DNA from: an uncultured Candidatus Peribacteria bacterium
GTDB lineage: Bacteria > Patescibacteriota > Gracilibacteria > Peribacterales > Peribacteraceae
Assembly (NCBI GenBank): GCA_964507835.1
Contig: CAZDQZ010000001.1
Span: 2,584 to 31,400 of the forward strand
Length of the DNA: 28,817 bases
Direction of reading: 5' to 3'
Part shown: piece by piece, positions 15,774 to 23,755 of the stretch
How the letters are laid out: each line of letters begins with the position of its first letter
How positions within the stretch are numbered: the stretch's first letter is position 1
Position numbers and translations under genes: made by a program
The notes under the pieces: model-generated
What the model saw: only the letters and a program-made list of their open reading frames with translations
What the model was told of the DNA's origin: nothing
The model's database searches: none

Positions 15774-17456
15774 ATGGTCAAACGCGAAGGATTTACCCTC
15801 ATCGAGCTTCTGATTGCCATTGCAATCATGGGAATGCTCGCTGGCGTCGTCATCAATGCGATCAACCCAAAGAAATCGCTTGACGAAGCGATGAATGTAT
15901 CTCGGTTGCACGCGATCAAGCAAATCGAAAGTGCCATGCTCCAAGTACTGATCGACAGCAAAAATTTGCCATCGAATATTCCGGCAAATAAAACGAGTGC
16001 CAAAGACATCTGCCAAGAAACGGTAACTGGTGAAGCGTGCACCGTAACGCTCGCGGGCGTAGACCTGAGTATCCTCACCGGAACGTACGTCGCACACGTG
16101 CCGGTTGACCCCGCTGAAACAGGTGTGGAGATCACAGGCTATCGCGTGTACAGAGACGGATCATTCTACAAAGCATGCTCACCGAAAATTGATCCAGAAT
16201 GCGGTGACACTGGTGGCGGAACATCATCATCGTCACCGTCATCGAGCGCATCACAAAGTAGCGGAGGATCATCCGTTGCTTCGTGCACACCAACGACGTA
16301 CGCGAGCACGCGCACGCTTACACTCTGGCTCGACGCAAGCGCTGGCACAGTAAAGAAAACCGGTGGCGCGGTGGCGCAGAACGGCGATGCAATCACGACC
16401 TGGGAAGACACGTATCTCTCGCAGAACGATGTCACACAATCTCAGTCGCAGTTACGACCGATCTACAGCAATGGAGCTGTAGTCTTCGATGGAGCCGATG
16501 ACGGCCTGAGTCACGTTGGCAATGTAACGAACTTTGAAGGAACAACGTTCATCGTCTTCAAGAACTCTGGCGGTCCCAGCGAGCAGACTCTGATCTCGGT
16601 CGATGGTGGTGCAAGTGATGTTGGGAGCTACCTCTCCATCAAGCCGGGCATCAACCAAGGCGGAGATCATGGCCTCGCACTCGGGCACCGCACAGCACAA
16701 CAGTACTACGGTGCGAACACCTGTCTTCCTGTGAATACGAGCACACACTACATTGCCTTCCAGTACGAACCGACCACAGCTGCTGTCTGGATGGATGGAC
16801 AATCCCAACTGATGCAAACGAGCGGTAGTTATCAGACTCTTGCATCGCCAACAGGCATCGCACTCGGGACACAGGTAGATAACCTGCAATCAACGACGCC
16901 GGGGGCGACATCATTCAATGGTAGTGTCCTCGAAGTCATCTCATACACACAGCAACTCTCGACAGCAGAACGTCAGTGCATCGATACCTATCTCCAGAAC
17001 AAGTGGAATATCCCCGCGAGCACGGCACAGGGGAATCTCTCGTCGTGCGTCACGATCTGCTGTGGCCCGGGAGGATGTCCATGTGGCAACGGCATCGTCG
17101 AAGGAACAGAACAATGTGATGATGGAAACAGAATCAACGGCGATGGTTGTAGTATGTCCTGCAGGAATGAGAGTAGTAGCTCCAGTCATTCATCAACTCT
17201 GTCGATGAGCACATCGTCTGCGATCTCTATGTCGACTGCATCGATCCCGATGGGGACATCCTCCAGCTCCTCCATGAGCACAGCATCCATGCCGATGGGG
17301 ACATCGTCGAGTGCATCAATGTTTGTATCATCAATGTGGATGACGCCGTCATCGTCGAGTTCACCTACGGTATCCTCGATGATGATGTCGGTAAGCTCCA
17401 CAAGTAGTATGATGACAGCATCTATGGGCATGAGCATGCCAATGATGGGTCCATAA
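15774..17456 (+). CDS. Type IV pilin-like protein fused to a LamG/ConA-like domain, a Cys-rich repeat and a Ser/Met-rich tail
   Basis: Prepilin site EG|FTLIELL; LTLWLDAS...VFDGADD...FNGSVLEVISY (LamG-like pattern); CGNGIVEGTEQCDDGN...GDGCS..C (Myxococcus-type Cys-rich repeat pattern). TTGACA at 15737-15742 upstream. Confidence 0.85.
   Translation: MVKREGFTLIELLIAIAIMGMLAGVVINAINPKKSLDEAMNVSRLHAIKQIESAMLQVLIDSKNLPSNIPANKTSAKDICQETVTGEACTVTLAGVDLSILTGTYVAHVPVDPAETGVEITGYRVYRDGSFYKACSPKIDPECGDTGGGTSSSSPSSSASQSSGGSSVASCTPTTYASTRTLTLWLDASAGTVKKTGGAVAQNGDAITTWEDTYLSQNDVTQSQSQLRPIYSNGAVVFDGADDGLSHVGNVTNFEGTTFIVFKNSGGPSEQTLISVDGGASDVGSYLSIKPGINQGGDHGLALGHRTAQQYYGANTCLPVNTSTHYIAFQYEPTTAAVWMDGQSQLMQTSGSYQTLASPTGIALGTQVDNLQSTTPGATSFNGSVLEVISYTQQLSTAERQCIDTYLQNKWNIPASTAQGNLSSCVTICCGPGGCPCGNGIVEGTEQCDDGNRINGDGCSMSCRNESSSSSHSSTLSMSTSSAISMSTASIPMGTSSSSSMSTASMPMGTSSSASMFVSSMWMTPSSSSSPTVSSMMMSVSSTSSMMTASMGMSMPMMGP
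17229..17318 (+). repeat. 45-bp (15-aa) in-frame tandem duplication
   Basis: MSTASIPMGTSSSSS / MSTASMPMGTSSSAS; shared DNA core CCGATGGGGACATC. Confidence 0.85.
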
Positions 17457-17466
17457 CAACGAGAGA

Positions 17467-18429
17467 CTACGACTGCACTTTCCATCGTGTCTCCGGTACG
17501 AGCTTACCATCCATTGCGAAGCCAGCGGCCTTCTTGTGTCCCCCGCCCTGGAATGTCGCAGCCATTTTGGAGACATCGACGTCGTCTCTGAGTGTCCGTA
17601 GTGACCCCTTCACTTTCCCCGATTTCTCCGCAAGAACGAGGGAGAACTTCATGCCTGGGACTGCATTGACGTAATCGATGGCACCGGTGAGCTCCGAGTA
17701 CTCGGCACCCGTTGCGCGGAAATCCCCCTCCGTCAGGGCCGAAACAGCACCGCCCTCGTCCGTCACGGAAATCTTCTCAAGGACCCTGCCCCACAGACGC
17801 AGTGTGGAGAGCTTCGCTGTACGGAAGACATTCTGCACGATGACTTGTTGACGAGCGCCTGCCCTCAGTAACCGCGCGACGGTCCGATACACACCGGCGG
17901 TCGTATTGCTGTGGACGAGACCTCCCGTATCGGTGTAGACACCATTGAGTAGTGCCGTCGCGATGTCTGGTGTGATCGTCCATCCGACGGCATCGGCGAA
18001 GTCAGCGACGATTTCGCACGTCGATGCAGCGGACGAAATGACGAAGTTCACGGTAGCGAATTTCGGATTCGTAGGATGATGATCGAAACAGATCGATGGC
18101 CAAACGCCTCCAAAGATCTGAGGGTGTTTTTCGTGGAGCTCTGTGAGCTTAGGCTCAGCACTGTCGAGGAAGATGAAGACATCCCCCTCCCGCGGAGCAG
18201 GATCATGCACGATGCGTGAAGCGAGAGGAAGAAACTGAAATGTCGGCGGTGCAGGATCGACACAGACAAGAACCGTCTGGATCGGTGCAAGATTGTCCTC
18301 GAGCAACTGAGCCATGCCCGAAAGAGAGCCGAGAGCGTCTCCATCGGGGTTCCTGTGACAGACACACACGAGGCGCTTCGCCCCCTTCATGAGCTCGAGT
18401 GCCCGATCGATGTCTGCTTTTGGAAGCAT
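17467..18429 (-). CDS. nrnA: DHH/DHHA1 phosphoesterase (NrnA-like oligoribonuclease/pAp phosphatase)
   Basis: HRNPDGDALGS, FLDSA, DHH, YTDTGG, GGGHKKAAG; lies downstream of rbfA. Confidence 0.88.
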   Translation of the reverse strand: MLPKADIDRALELMKGAKRLVCVCHRNPDGDALGSLSGMAQLLEDNLAPIQTVLVCVDPAPPTFQFLPLASRIVHDPAPREGDVFIFLDSAEPKLTELHEKHPQIFGGVWPSICFDHHPTNPKFATVNFVISSAASTCEIVADFADAVGWTITPDIATALLNGVYTDTGGLVHSNTTAGVYRTVARLLRAGARQQVIVQNVFRTAKLSTLRLWGRVLEKISVTDEGGAVSALTEGDFRATGAEYSELTGAIDYVNAVPGMKFSLVLAEKSGKVKGSLRTLRDDVDVSKMAATFQGGGHKKAAGFAMDGKLVPETRWKVQS

Positions 18430-18521
18430 AAGGGATGAAGTGTACGTGGAAGGATCACAGCATTCAAAACACTTCTCATACCAGAAACGTCATATTGTTA
18501 TATTGCTATATTGCAAGGAGT

Positions 18522-18884
18522 TTACTGGCTGGAGGACGACTTTTTTCTGGGATTTTTCTGTGGAGCAATTTTCATAAGAAGCTCGTCGATGCGGTTCCCG
18601 CGCTCCCCGACTTCATCCCTGTAGAAGCGGAGGACGGGGAGCTTATGGATGCGAATTTCCTGGGACATCTTCTTTCGAATCTCCCCCTTCATCTCGATGA
18701 GAGCCTCGATCGCACGGTCAACTCCATCGATGGCACTCAAATAAATATCTGCATACGAATAATCGGAGCTCAGTTTCACATCAACGACGCTCACCACCTT
18801 CGCTTTCATAGGAGAAATGCGGAGCGCGAATGTCGCGACGATGGAACGGATGATGCCGGCGAGTTGTTCTGGGCGGTGGGACAT
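18522..18884 (-). CDS. rbfA: 30S ribosome-binding factor A
   Basis: VVDVKLSSDYSYADIYLS and IRIHKLPVLRFYRD; true start ATG at 18884 (MSHRPEQL). Confidence 0.9.
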   Translation of the reverse strand: MSHRPEQLAGIIRSIVATFALRISPMKAKVVSVVDVKLSSDYSYADIYLSAIDGVDRAIEALIEMKGEIRKKMSQEIRIHKLPVLRFYRDEVGERGNRIDELLMKIAPQKNPRKKSSSSQ

Positions 18885-18887
18885 AGG

Positions 18888-18970
18888 ATTCGTATATGGA
18901 ATATCGTATGTGGAATATCGAATGATTGCTACTACGAATACGATATACGATATACGATATTCGATATACG
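18888..18970. repeat. Bipartite inverted heptamer tract filling the rbfA/fmt divergent intergenic region
   Basis: Left arm ATTCGTA TATGGAA TATCGTA TGTGGAA TATCGAA; right arm TACGAA TACGATA x3 TTCGATA TACG. Confidence 0.9.
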
Positions 18971-18979
18971 CTTGTATCC

Positions 18980-19831
18980 ATGCCCACCTCCGTCGTCTTC
19001 CTCGGCACCTCAGCATTCGCAGTTCCCAGTCTGAAGGCCCTTGCACATGATCCAGAATTCAACGTCGAGCTCGTCATCACACAGCCCGATCGACCGGTCG
19101 GCAGGAAGCAGATCCTCACACCATCCCCTATCAAACTTCTCTCTCGAGAACTAGGTCTACCCATCGCACAGCCCGAAAACATAAATAATTATCAATTCTC
19201 AATTATCAATTATCAATTTCTTGTCGTCGTTTCCTACGGTCAAATCCTCACCCAGAAAATCCTCGATCTCCCGACTATCGCACCCGTGAACCTCCATGCA
19301 TCGCTCCTGCCTCTGCTCCGTGGTGCTTCGCCTCTCCAGAACGCGATTCTGCAGGGCATGAACGAATCCGGTGTTACAGTGCAGAAAATCGTACGGGAGC
19401 TGGATGCCGGCCCCATCCTTGCGCAGACAGTCGTCCCCCTTGATCCGCGCGAAACGTACCAGACTCTCCACGATCGCTTGGCAGTCCTCGGCGCCTCACT
19501 CCTCGTTGAGACGCTGAAGAAACCTCTCACGCCCGTGGAACAAAATACATCGAAAGCGACGGTCTGCAGAAAATTGTCGAAAGATGACGGGGCCATAGAC
19601 CCCCGCACGATGACGGCAGTCGAGATCGATCGACGGGTACGCGCTCTCACGCCGTGGCCAGGCGTCACGATCAACGGCAATCGAATTCTGCGTTCTTCCC
19701 TCGCTCCCAGTGCAGAATCGCTCACAATACTCTGTAAGGATGCAACGGAACTTTCTATCGAACAAATACAACCTGCATCAAGAAAACCAATGTCTGGCAA
19801 AGCATTTTCTCTCGGGCGCACGCTACAATAA
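18980..19831 (+). CDS. fmt: Methionyl-tRNA formyltransferase
   Basis: VFLGTSAFA, VITQPDRPVGR, NLHASLLPLLRGASP, ELDAGPI, RVRALTPWPG; start ATG at 18980. Confidence 0.93.
   Translation: MPTSVVFLGTSAFAVPSLKALAHDPEFNVELVITQPDRPVGRKQILTPSPIKLLSRELGLPIAQPENINNYQFSIINYQFLVVVSYGQILTQKILDLPTIAPVNLHASLLPLLRGASPLQNAILQGMNESGVTVQKIVRELDAGPILAQTVVPLDPRETYQTLHDRLAVLGASLLVETLKKPLTPVEQNTSKATVCRKLSKDDGAIDPRTMTAVEIDRRVRALTPWPGVTINGNRILRSSLAPSAESLTILCKDATELSIEQIQPASRKPMSGKAFSLGRTLQ
19187..19220 (+). repeat. Heptamer tract (AATTATC-type), in-frame in fmt
   Basis: AATTATC AATTCTC AATTATC AATTATC AATTTC, encoding NYQFSIINYQF. Confidence 0.92.
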
Positions 19832-19836
19832 TCGCC

Positions 19837-21135
19837 ATGCCTCATCGACTTCGATCCATCATCATCCTCTTCGTTGTACTCCTTCTCGCGACACCAAGTA
19901 ACGTCTCAGCACTCTCGTCATCGCAAGATACCGATGGTGACGGTATTCCTGATGTGCAGGAAGATGCGAACAACAACGGCATCCCCGATGATGGTGAAAC
20001 GAATCCTCTGAAAGCAGATACAGACGGTGGAGGAGAATCGGACGGGGCAGAAATCGCCGGGAAGAGAAATCCTCTCGACCCAACGGATGATCTCACCGCT
20101 GACGCTGATGGTGACGGACTCGCCAGTGGCATCGAACTCCTCCGTGGCACGAACCCAAAAGTAGCCGATACCGATAGTGATGGCATCAATGATGCATCAG
20201 ACGCCTTCCCCACGGACAAGAAGTACAGTGTCGACAGCGATGCGAATGGACTCCCCGACGACTGGGAAACATCGACAGGCCTCACGACAGAAGTAATACC
20301 TCAGTCACGTGCATCTGATCCGGATAACGACACACTGACGAATGTTGAGGAACTGGCGCGCGGAACTGATCCGCTCAAAGCAGACACGGATGGCGATGGC
20401 GTGAACGATAGTGCCGAGCTGAAGGCCGGTCTCAACCCTCGTGAGAATGCTTGCCTCGCGTATGAGCTTGCTCCGAATACATTCGCAGACATGCATGATC
20501 ACTGGGCGATGAACGTCGTCATGAATCTAGCGAATCTGCACCAGATCCAGAATGGACATCCGATCGTGAGAGGGTACAACGTGACCACGAAAAAAGGAGA
20601 GGACATTCAATTCAAGCCTGACCAATTCGTCACACGGTTCGAATTCTTGAAGATGGTACTGGCTTCCACGTGCCGGAAGCTCAGCCCCTTCGCCGATCCC
20701 GATGTGCAAGAATTCACCGATGTTCCACGGGCAGTCCAGGACAATGAATCTGCCGATACGACCCTGAAGAGACAGGTGATCTACAGCGCCGCTCAGGATC
20801 GTATCGTGAAGGGCTATGCAGACTACAGCTTCAGACCCAATGCTCCGGTGACGCGAGCGGAAGCCGTGAAAATCCTCAGCCTCGCCGTGAAAGGATGGAA
20901 TGGAGACACGCTCAGCGCCACACCAACGGAGATCTCATTCTTCGACACCAGTACCGAGGAATGGTACTGGCCGTACCTCGAGCTCTCGGTGAAGCGTGAG
21001 CTCGTGCAAGGGTACGCCGACAGCACCTTCCGTCCCAACTCCCCCATCACACGCGCAGAAGCTGCGAAGATCATCGAGAAGAGCATCAGGCAGAACCCAT
21101 TCATCAACGGGTACGTGCTACCGGAGGAAAAGTAG
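19837..21135 (+). CDS. Secreted protein with Ca-binding DxDxDG (TSP3-like) repeats and S-layer homology (SLH) domains
   Basis: Signal peptide; many DTDGDG/DSDSDG motifs; SLH signatures FKPDQFVTRFE, GYADYSFRPNAPVTRAEA, GYADSTFRPNSPITRAEA. Confidence 0.88.
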   Translation: MPHRLRSIIILFVVLLLATPSNVSALSSSQDTDGDGIPDVQEDANNNGIPDDGETNPLKADTDGGGESDGAEIAGKRNPLDPTDDLTADADGDGLASGIELLRGTNPKVADTDSDGINDASDAFPTDKKYSVDSDANGLPDDWETSTGLTTEVIPQSRASDPDNDTLTNVEELARGTDPLKADTDGDGVNDSAELKAGLNPRENACLAYELAPNTFADMHDHWAMNVVMNLANLHQIQNGHPIVRGYNVTTKKGEDIQFKPDQFVTRFEFLKMVLASTCRKLSPFADPDVQEFTDVPRAVQDNESADTTLKRQVIYSAAQDRIVKGYADYSFRPNAPVTRAEAVKILSLAVKGWNGDTLSATPTEISFFDTSTEEWYWPYLELSVKRELVQGYADSTFRPNSPITRAEAAKIIEKSIRQNPFINGYVLPEEK

Positions 21136-21136
21136 A

Positions 21137-21219
21137 AGAAAGAAAGGAAAAAAAGGAACGAAAAGAAATCAAGGATCGTTGATTTCCTTGATTTCTTCTT
21201 ATTCCTGTATTTCTTTTTA
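21137..21219. terminator. 9-bp-periodic purine/pyrimidine inverted repeat between convergent genes (probable bidirectional terminator)
   Basis: Perfect 13-bp core AAGAAATCAAGGA (21163-21175) / TCCTTGATTTCTT (21185-21197); TTC recurs at 21184, 21193, 21202 and 21211. Confidence 0.65.
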
Positions 21220-21582
21220 GAGCTTCGTCTTCATCTCCTGGAAGGCTGCGATCATGGCATCCAGATCCTCGACGTCGAAGACGATCGTAGACTTCTGGCC
21301 TCCGCGAGACTTCTCGGAGACTTTGAAGAACTTGCCGTTACCGGACTGCTTCAAGTCGATGTAGAACGTGCGCTGACGTGCACGAATCGTGATGGAGTGG
21401 ATCTCCTCGCCATAGCGACTGGAGTTGCCACCACCAGGTCCACCGAAACCGCCACTACGAGGCTGTCCACCGAAACTACGACCACCTCCATGTGCTGGAG
21501 CCGGAGCACCAAAGTTGCTCGTTGGTGCGAGTGGATCGTCGTTCCCGACGGGACTACTGAGTTCTGACATTGGATCGAACAT
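21217..21582 (-). CDS. PUR-alpha-like (DUF3276-type) ssDNA/RNA-binding protein with Gly-rich N-terminus
   Basis: EEIHSITIRARQRTFYIDLKQSGNGKFFKVSEK...TIVFDVED matches the PUR repeat pattern; start ATG at 21582 or 21570. Confidence 0.82.
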   Translation of the reverse strand: MFDPMSELSSPVGNDDPLAPTSNFGAPAPAHGGGRSFGGQPRSGGFGGPGGGNSSRYGEEIHSITIRARQRTFYIDLKQSGNGKFFKVSEKSRGGQKSTIVFDVEDLDAMIAAFQEMKTKL

Positions 21583-21691
21583 AAAAAATTGGGGAAAGAA
21601 GTATGTGCTCCCGTGCATCGAGATTGGCTCTGCTCTGCACCCTGTACCGGTAAACCACAACGTATCCCTTGTAGTTCGGAAGCGTAAGCTC

Positions 21692-21700
21692 AGTATACCA
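21692..21700 (-). promoter_or_regulatory. Extended -10 (TGgTATACT) about 110 nt upstream of the PUR gene
   Basis: Plus strand AGTATACCA. Confidence 0.45.
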
Positions 21701-21717
21701 GCACTCCCCCAGCCTGA

Positions 21718-22029
21718 CTAGTTGGCGGGAAACGCATCGAGATTGTATGGATTGTTTTCTGGTGGCGGGTCAACATCATTAGTATCTGGAATCGCGCGAA
21801 TCACCGCTGGAGCAAAAGTAGTCCTCGAATCTTGCTGAGCAGGTACTGGCACATGTTCTTTCGCTTTTGGTTTGCCTTCTTCCTTCGGATCAAGAACAGT
21901 TGCAACGAGCGTCGTCACTCCTAAAACAACAGCAAGCATTTTTAACTTAACCGATGGTCGGTGATGATGATCCGGAGGGATGCACCCATCGTCATCAAAG
22001 CCGAAATCGTCATGTTCGTAGAATGACAT
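21718..22029 (-). CDS. Small single-TM hypothetical protein
   Basis: Acidic/His N-terminus, TM MLAVVLGVTTLVATVL, Pro-rich tail; ATG at 22029 preferred. Confidence 0.6.
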   Translation of the reverse strand: MSFYEHDDFGFDDDGCIPPDHHHRPSVKLKMLAVVLGVTTLVATVLDPKEEGKPKAKEHVPVPAQQDSRTTFAPAVIRAIPDTNDVDPPPENNPYNLDAFPAN

Positions 22030-22065
22030 ATAGAGTAGAACTATCAAGATTATAATATATTTGCT

Positions 22066-23592
22066 TTATTTATCAAGCTGTGGAAACAGGATTGCAGGAT
22101 CCCCTACTTTCGTCCAATCCTTCTGACTCCCCCACTCTTTCATCTCATCAGTGATCACAAAAGATTTCTCCAGCATTTTCTCTGCGTACGGTACCCCAAG
22201 CTGAAGGCTGATCTTCTGCGCCGTCTCTGGCATGAATGGGAGAAGCATGAGCGAGATGTGGCGAAGCATTTCGGCGATCGATGCTAGCACCTGCATCTTC
22301 TCCTCACCTTTGAGAGTCCATGGCTTCTTTTGTTCCATGAGGACATTGCCATCGACAGCAAGGTTTACTGCTTGTGTGATCGCACTCGACAGATCGAAAG
22401 TATCCATCTGATCCGAGTAGAGCTCCCAGAGACTCGTCACTCGATTCTGTAGTACCTCATCAGCAGAGAGTGTGAACGATCCTCCTTCTTTCTTGAGGAG
22501 GACAAGAGCTCGATTCAATAAATTGCCGATCTTATTGCTGAGGACACCGATGTAAAGTTCATCGATGCGCTTCCAGCTGAAGTCTCCGTCGTTACCCACC
22601 GGCACTTCATGGCTAAGGTAGAAACGTAGTGGATCAGGATTACCCTTGAAGTGCGCGAGGACTTCCTCTGGTTTCACGACGTTGCCAAGCGACTTACTCA
22701 TCTTCTCTCCATCACTCGTGAGGAAGCCGTGGATGAGGAGTTGATCGGGAGTGCGAATGCCACTGTGCTTGAGCATCGCAGGCCAAATGAGTGCGTGGAA
22801 GCGCGCGATGTCCTTGCCGATCACATGTGTCACGGTTGCATCATCCCACAATTTCGTATCAGCATGATCCGTCAGGAGTCCAAGACCAGAAATATAGTTG
22901 GTAAGCGCATCGAACCAGACGTACATCGTCTGCTGTTCATCCCCTGGCACTGGGATACCCCATGATAGACTTGTCTTTGGCCTAGAGAACGATACATCTT
23001 CTAAACCCGTGTCGAGGAGCGCGAGCGTCTCATTCTCACGAAAACTTGGCACAATCTTGTACTCTTTATGTAATAATTTTTTGAGCCAAGCAGTTTCCTT
23101 CGAAAGCGTGAAAAACCAGTTTTCCTCCTTTACTTCCTCAGGAGCCCTCTGATGATTTTCACACTTGCCATCGACCAAATCTTTCTTCGTGAGGAAGCGC
23201 TCACAGCCCGTGCAATAGAGCCCCGTGTAGGTGCGCTTCTCCAGTACTCCAGCCTTCTGTAGACGCTTCCATAATTCGATCACCGTTGGCCAATGCTTAC
23301 TCTGATCCGTCGTGCGGATGAAGACATCGGCAGAAATACCGAGTTTGGCATACAAGTCCTGAAAGAACGGCACATTACGATCGACGAGTGCTTTCGGCGT
23401 CATCTTTTCTTTGTCCGCTGTTTGCTGGATCTTTATCCCGTGTTCGTCCGTGCCGATCTGGAAGCGCACTACATCACCACGAAGACGAAAATAACGAGCA
23501 ATGACGTCTGCGAGAACCTTCTCCAAGACATGTCCCATATGCGGAGCAGCATTGGGATAATCGATAGCGGTGGTGATGTATTGGCGGATCAT
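22066..23592 (-). CDS. metG: Methionine--tRNA ligase (short form, no C-terminal dimerisation domain)
   Basis: YITTAIDYPN..PHMGH, GTDEHG, CxxC...CxxH knuckle, YVWFDAL, IGKDI.RFH, KMSKS. Confidence 0.96.
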   Translation of the reverse strand: MIRQYITTAIDYPNAAPHMGHVLEKVLADVIARYFRLRGDVVRFQIGTDEHGIKIQQTADKEKMTPKALVDRNVPFFQDLYAKLGISADVFIRTTDQSKHWPTVIELWKRLQKAGVLEKRTYTGLYCTGCERFLTKKDLVDGKCENHQRAPEEVKEENWFFTLSKETAWLKKLLHKEYKIVPSFRENETLALLDTGLEDVSFSRPKTSLSWGIPVPGDEQQTMYVWFDALTNYISGLGLLTDHADTKLWDDATVTHVIGKDIARFHALIWPAMLKHSGIRTPDQLLIHGFLTSDGEKMSKSLGNVVKPEEVLAHFKGNPDPLRFYLSHEVPVGNDGDFSWKRIDELYIGVLSNKIGNLLNRALVLLKKEGGSFTLSADEVLQNRVTSLWELYSDQMDTFDLSSAITQAVNLAVDGNVLMEQKKPWTLKGEEKMQVLASIAEMLRHISLMLLPFMPETAQKISLQLGVPYAEKMLEKSFVITDEMKEWGSQKDWTKVGDPAILFPQLDK

Positions 23593-23622
23593 AGTGAGAA
23601 CAAGATTAGCACGTTCGGAAAA

Positions 23623-23643
23623 TTATGAATCAAGAATTATGAA
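23623..23643 (+). repeat. Short heptamer tract upstream of metG
   Basis: TTATGAA TCAAGAA TTATGAA; same family as the tract at the murF stop. Confidence 0.6.
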
Positions 23644-23665
23644 CAACAGAAATCTACACCATAAC

Positions 23666-23728
23666 TTTTCTGCCTTTCCTGCCATTTCTGCCCTCCAATA
23701 ATCCTCTCCGCAGGGCAAAGGCGGAAAA
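23666..23728 (-). terminator. 9-bp-periodic tract with inverted partner downstream of the pilin operon
   Basis: CTGCC at 23670, 23679 and 23688; TTTTCTGCCTTT (23666-23677) versus AAAGGCGGAAAA (23717-23728). Confidence 0.5.
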
Positions 23729-23755
23729 ATCAAACCGTAGGTTTTCTCTCGTAAA

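Noticed and set aside
18885-19046. N-terminal extensions of RbfA and Fmt in the ORF track (IEYRISYI..., IRYTIYDIRY...)
   Set aside because: These are translations of the intergenic heptamer tract; family homology begins at ATG 18884 and ATG 18980.
19920-20450. DxDxDG repeats as a novel repeat system
   Set aside because: They match the well-known TSP3-like Ca-binding motifs of secreted bacterial proteins.
3326-23643. Periodic tracts as a CRISPR array
   Set aside because: There are no 23-50-bp repeats separated by unique spacers and no cas genes; units are 7-9 bp and contiguous.
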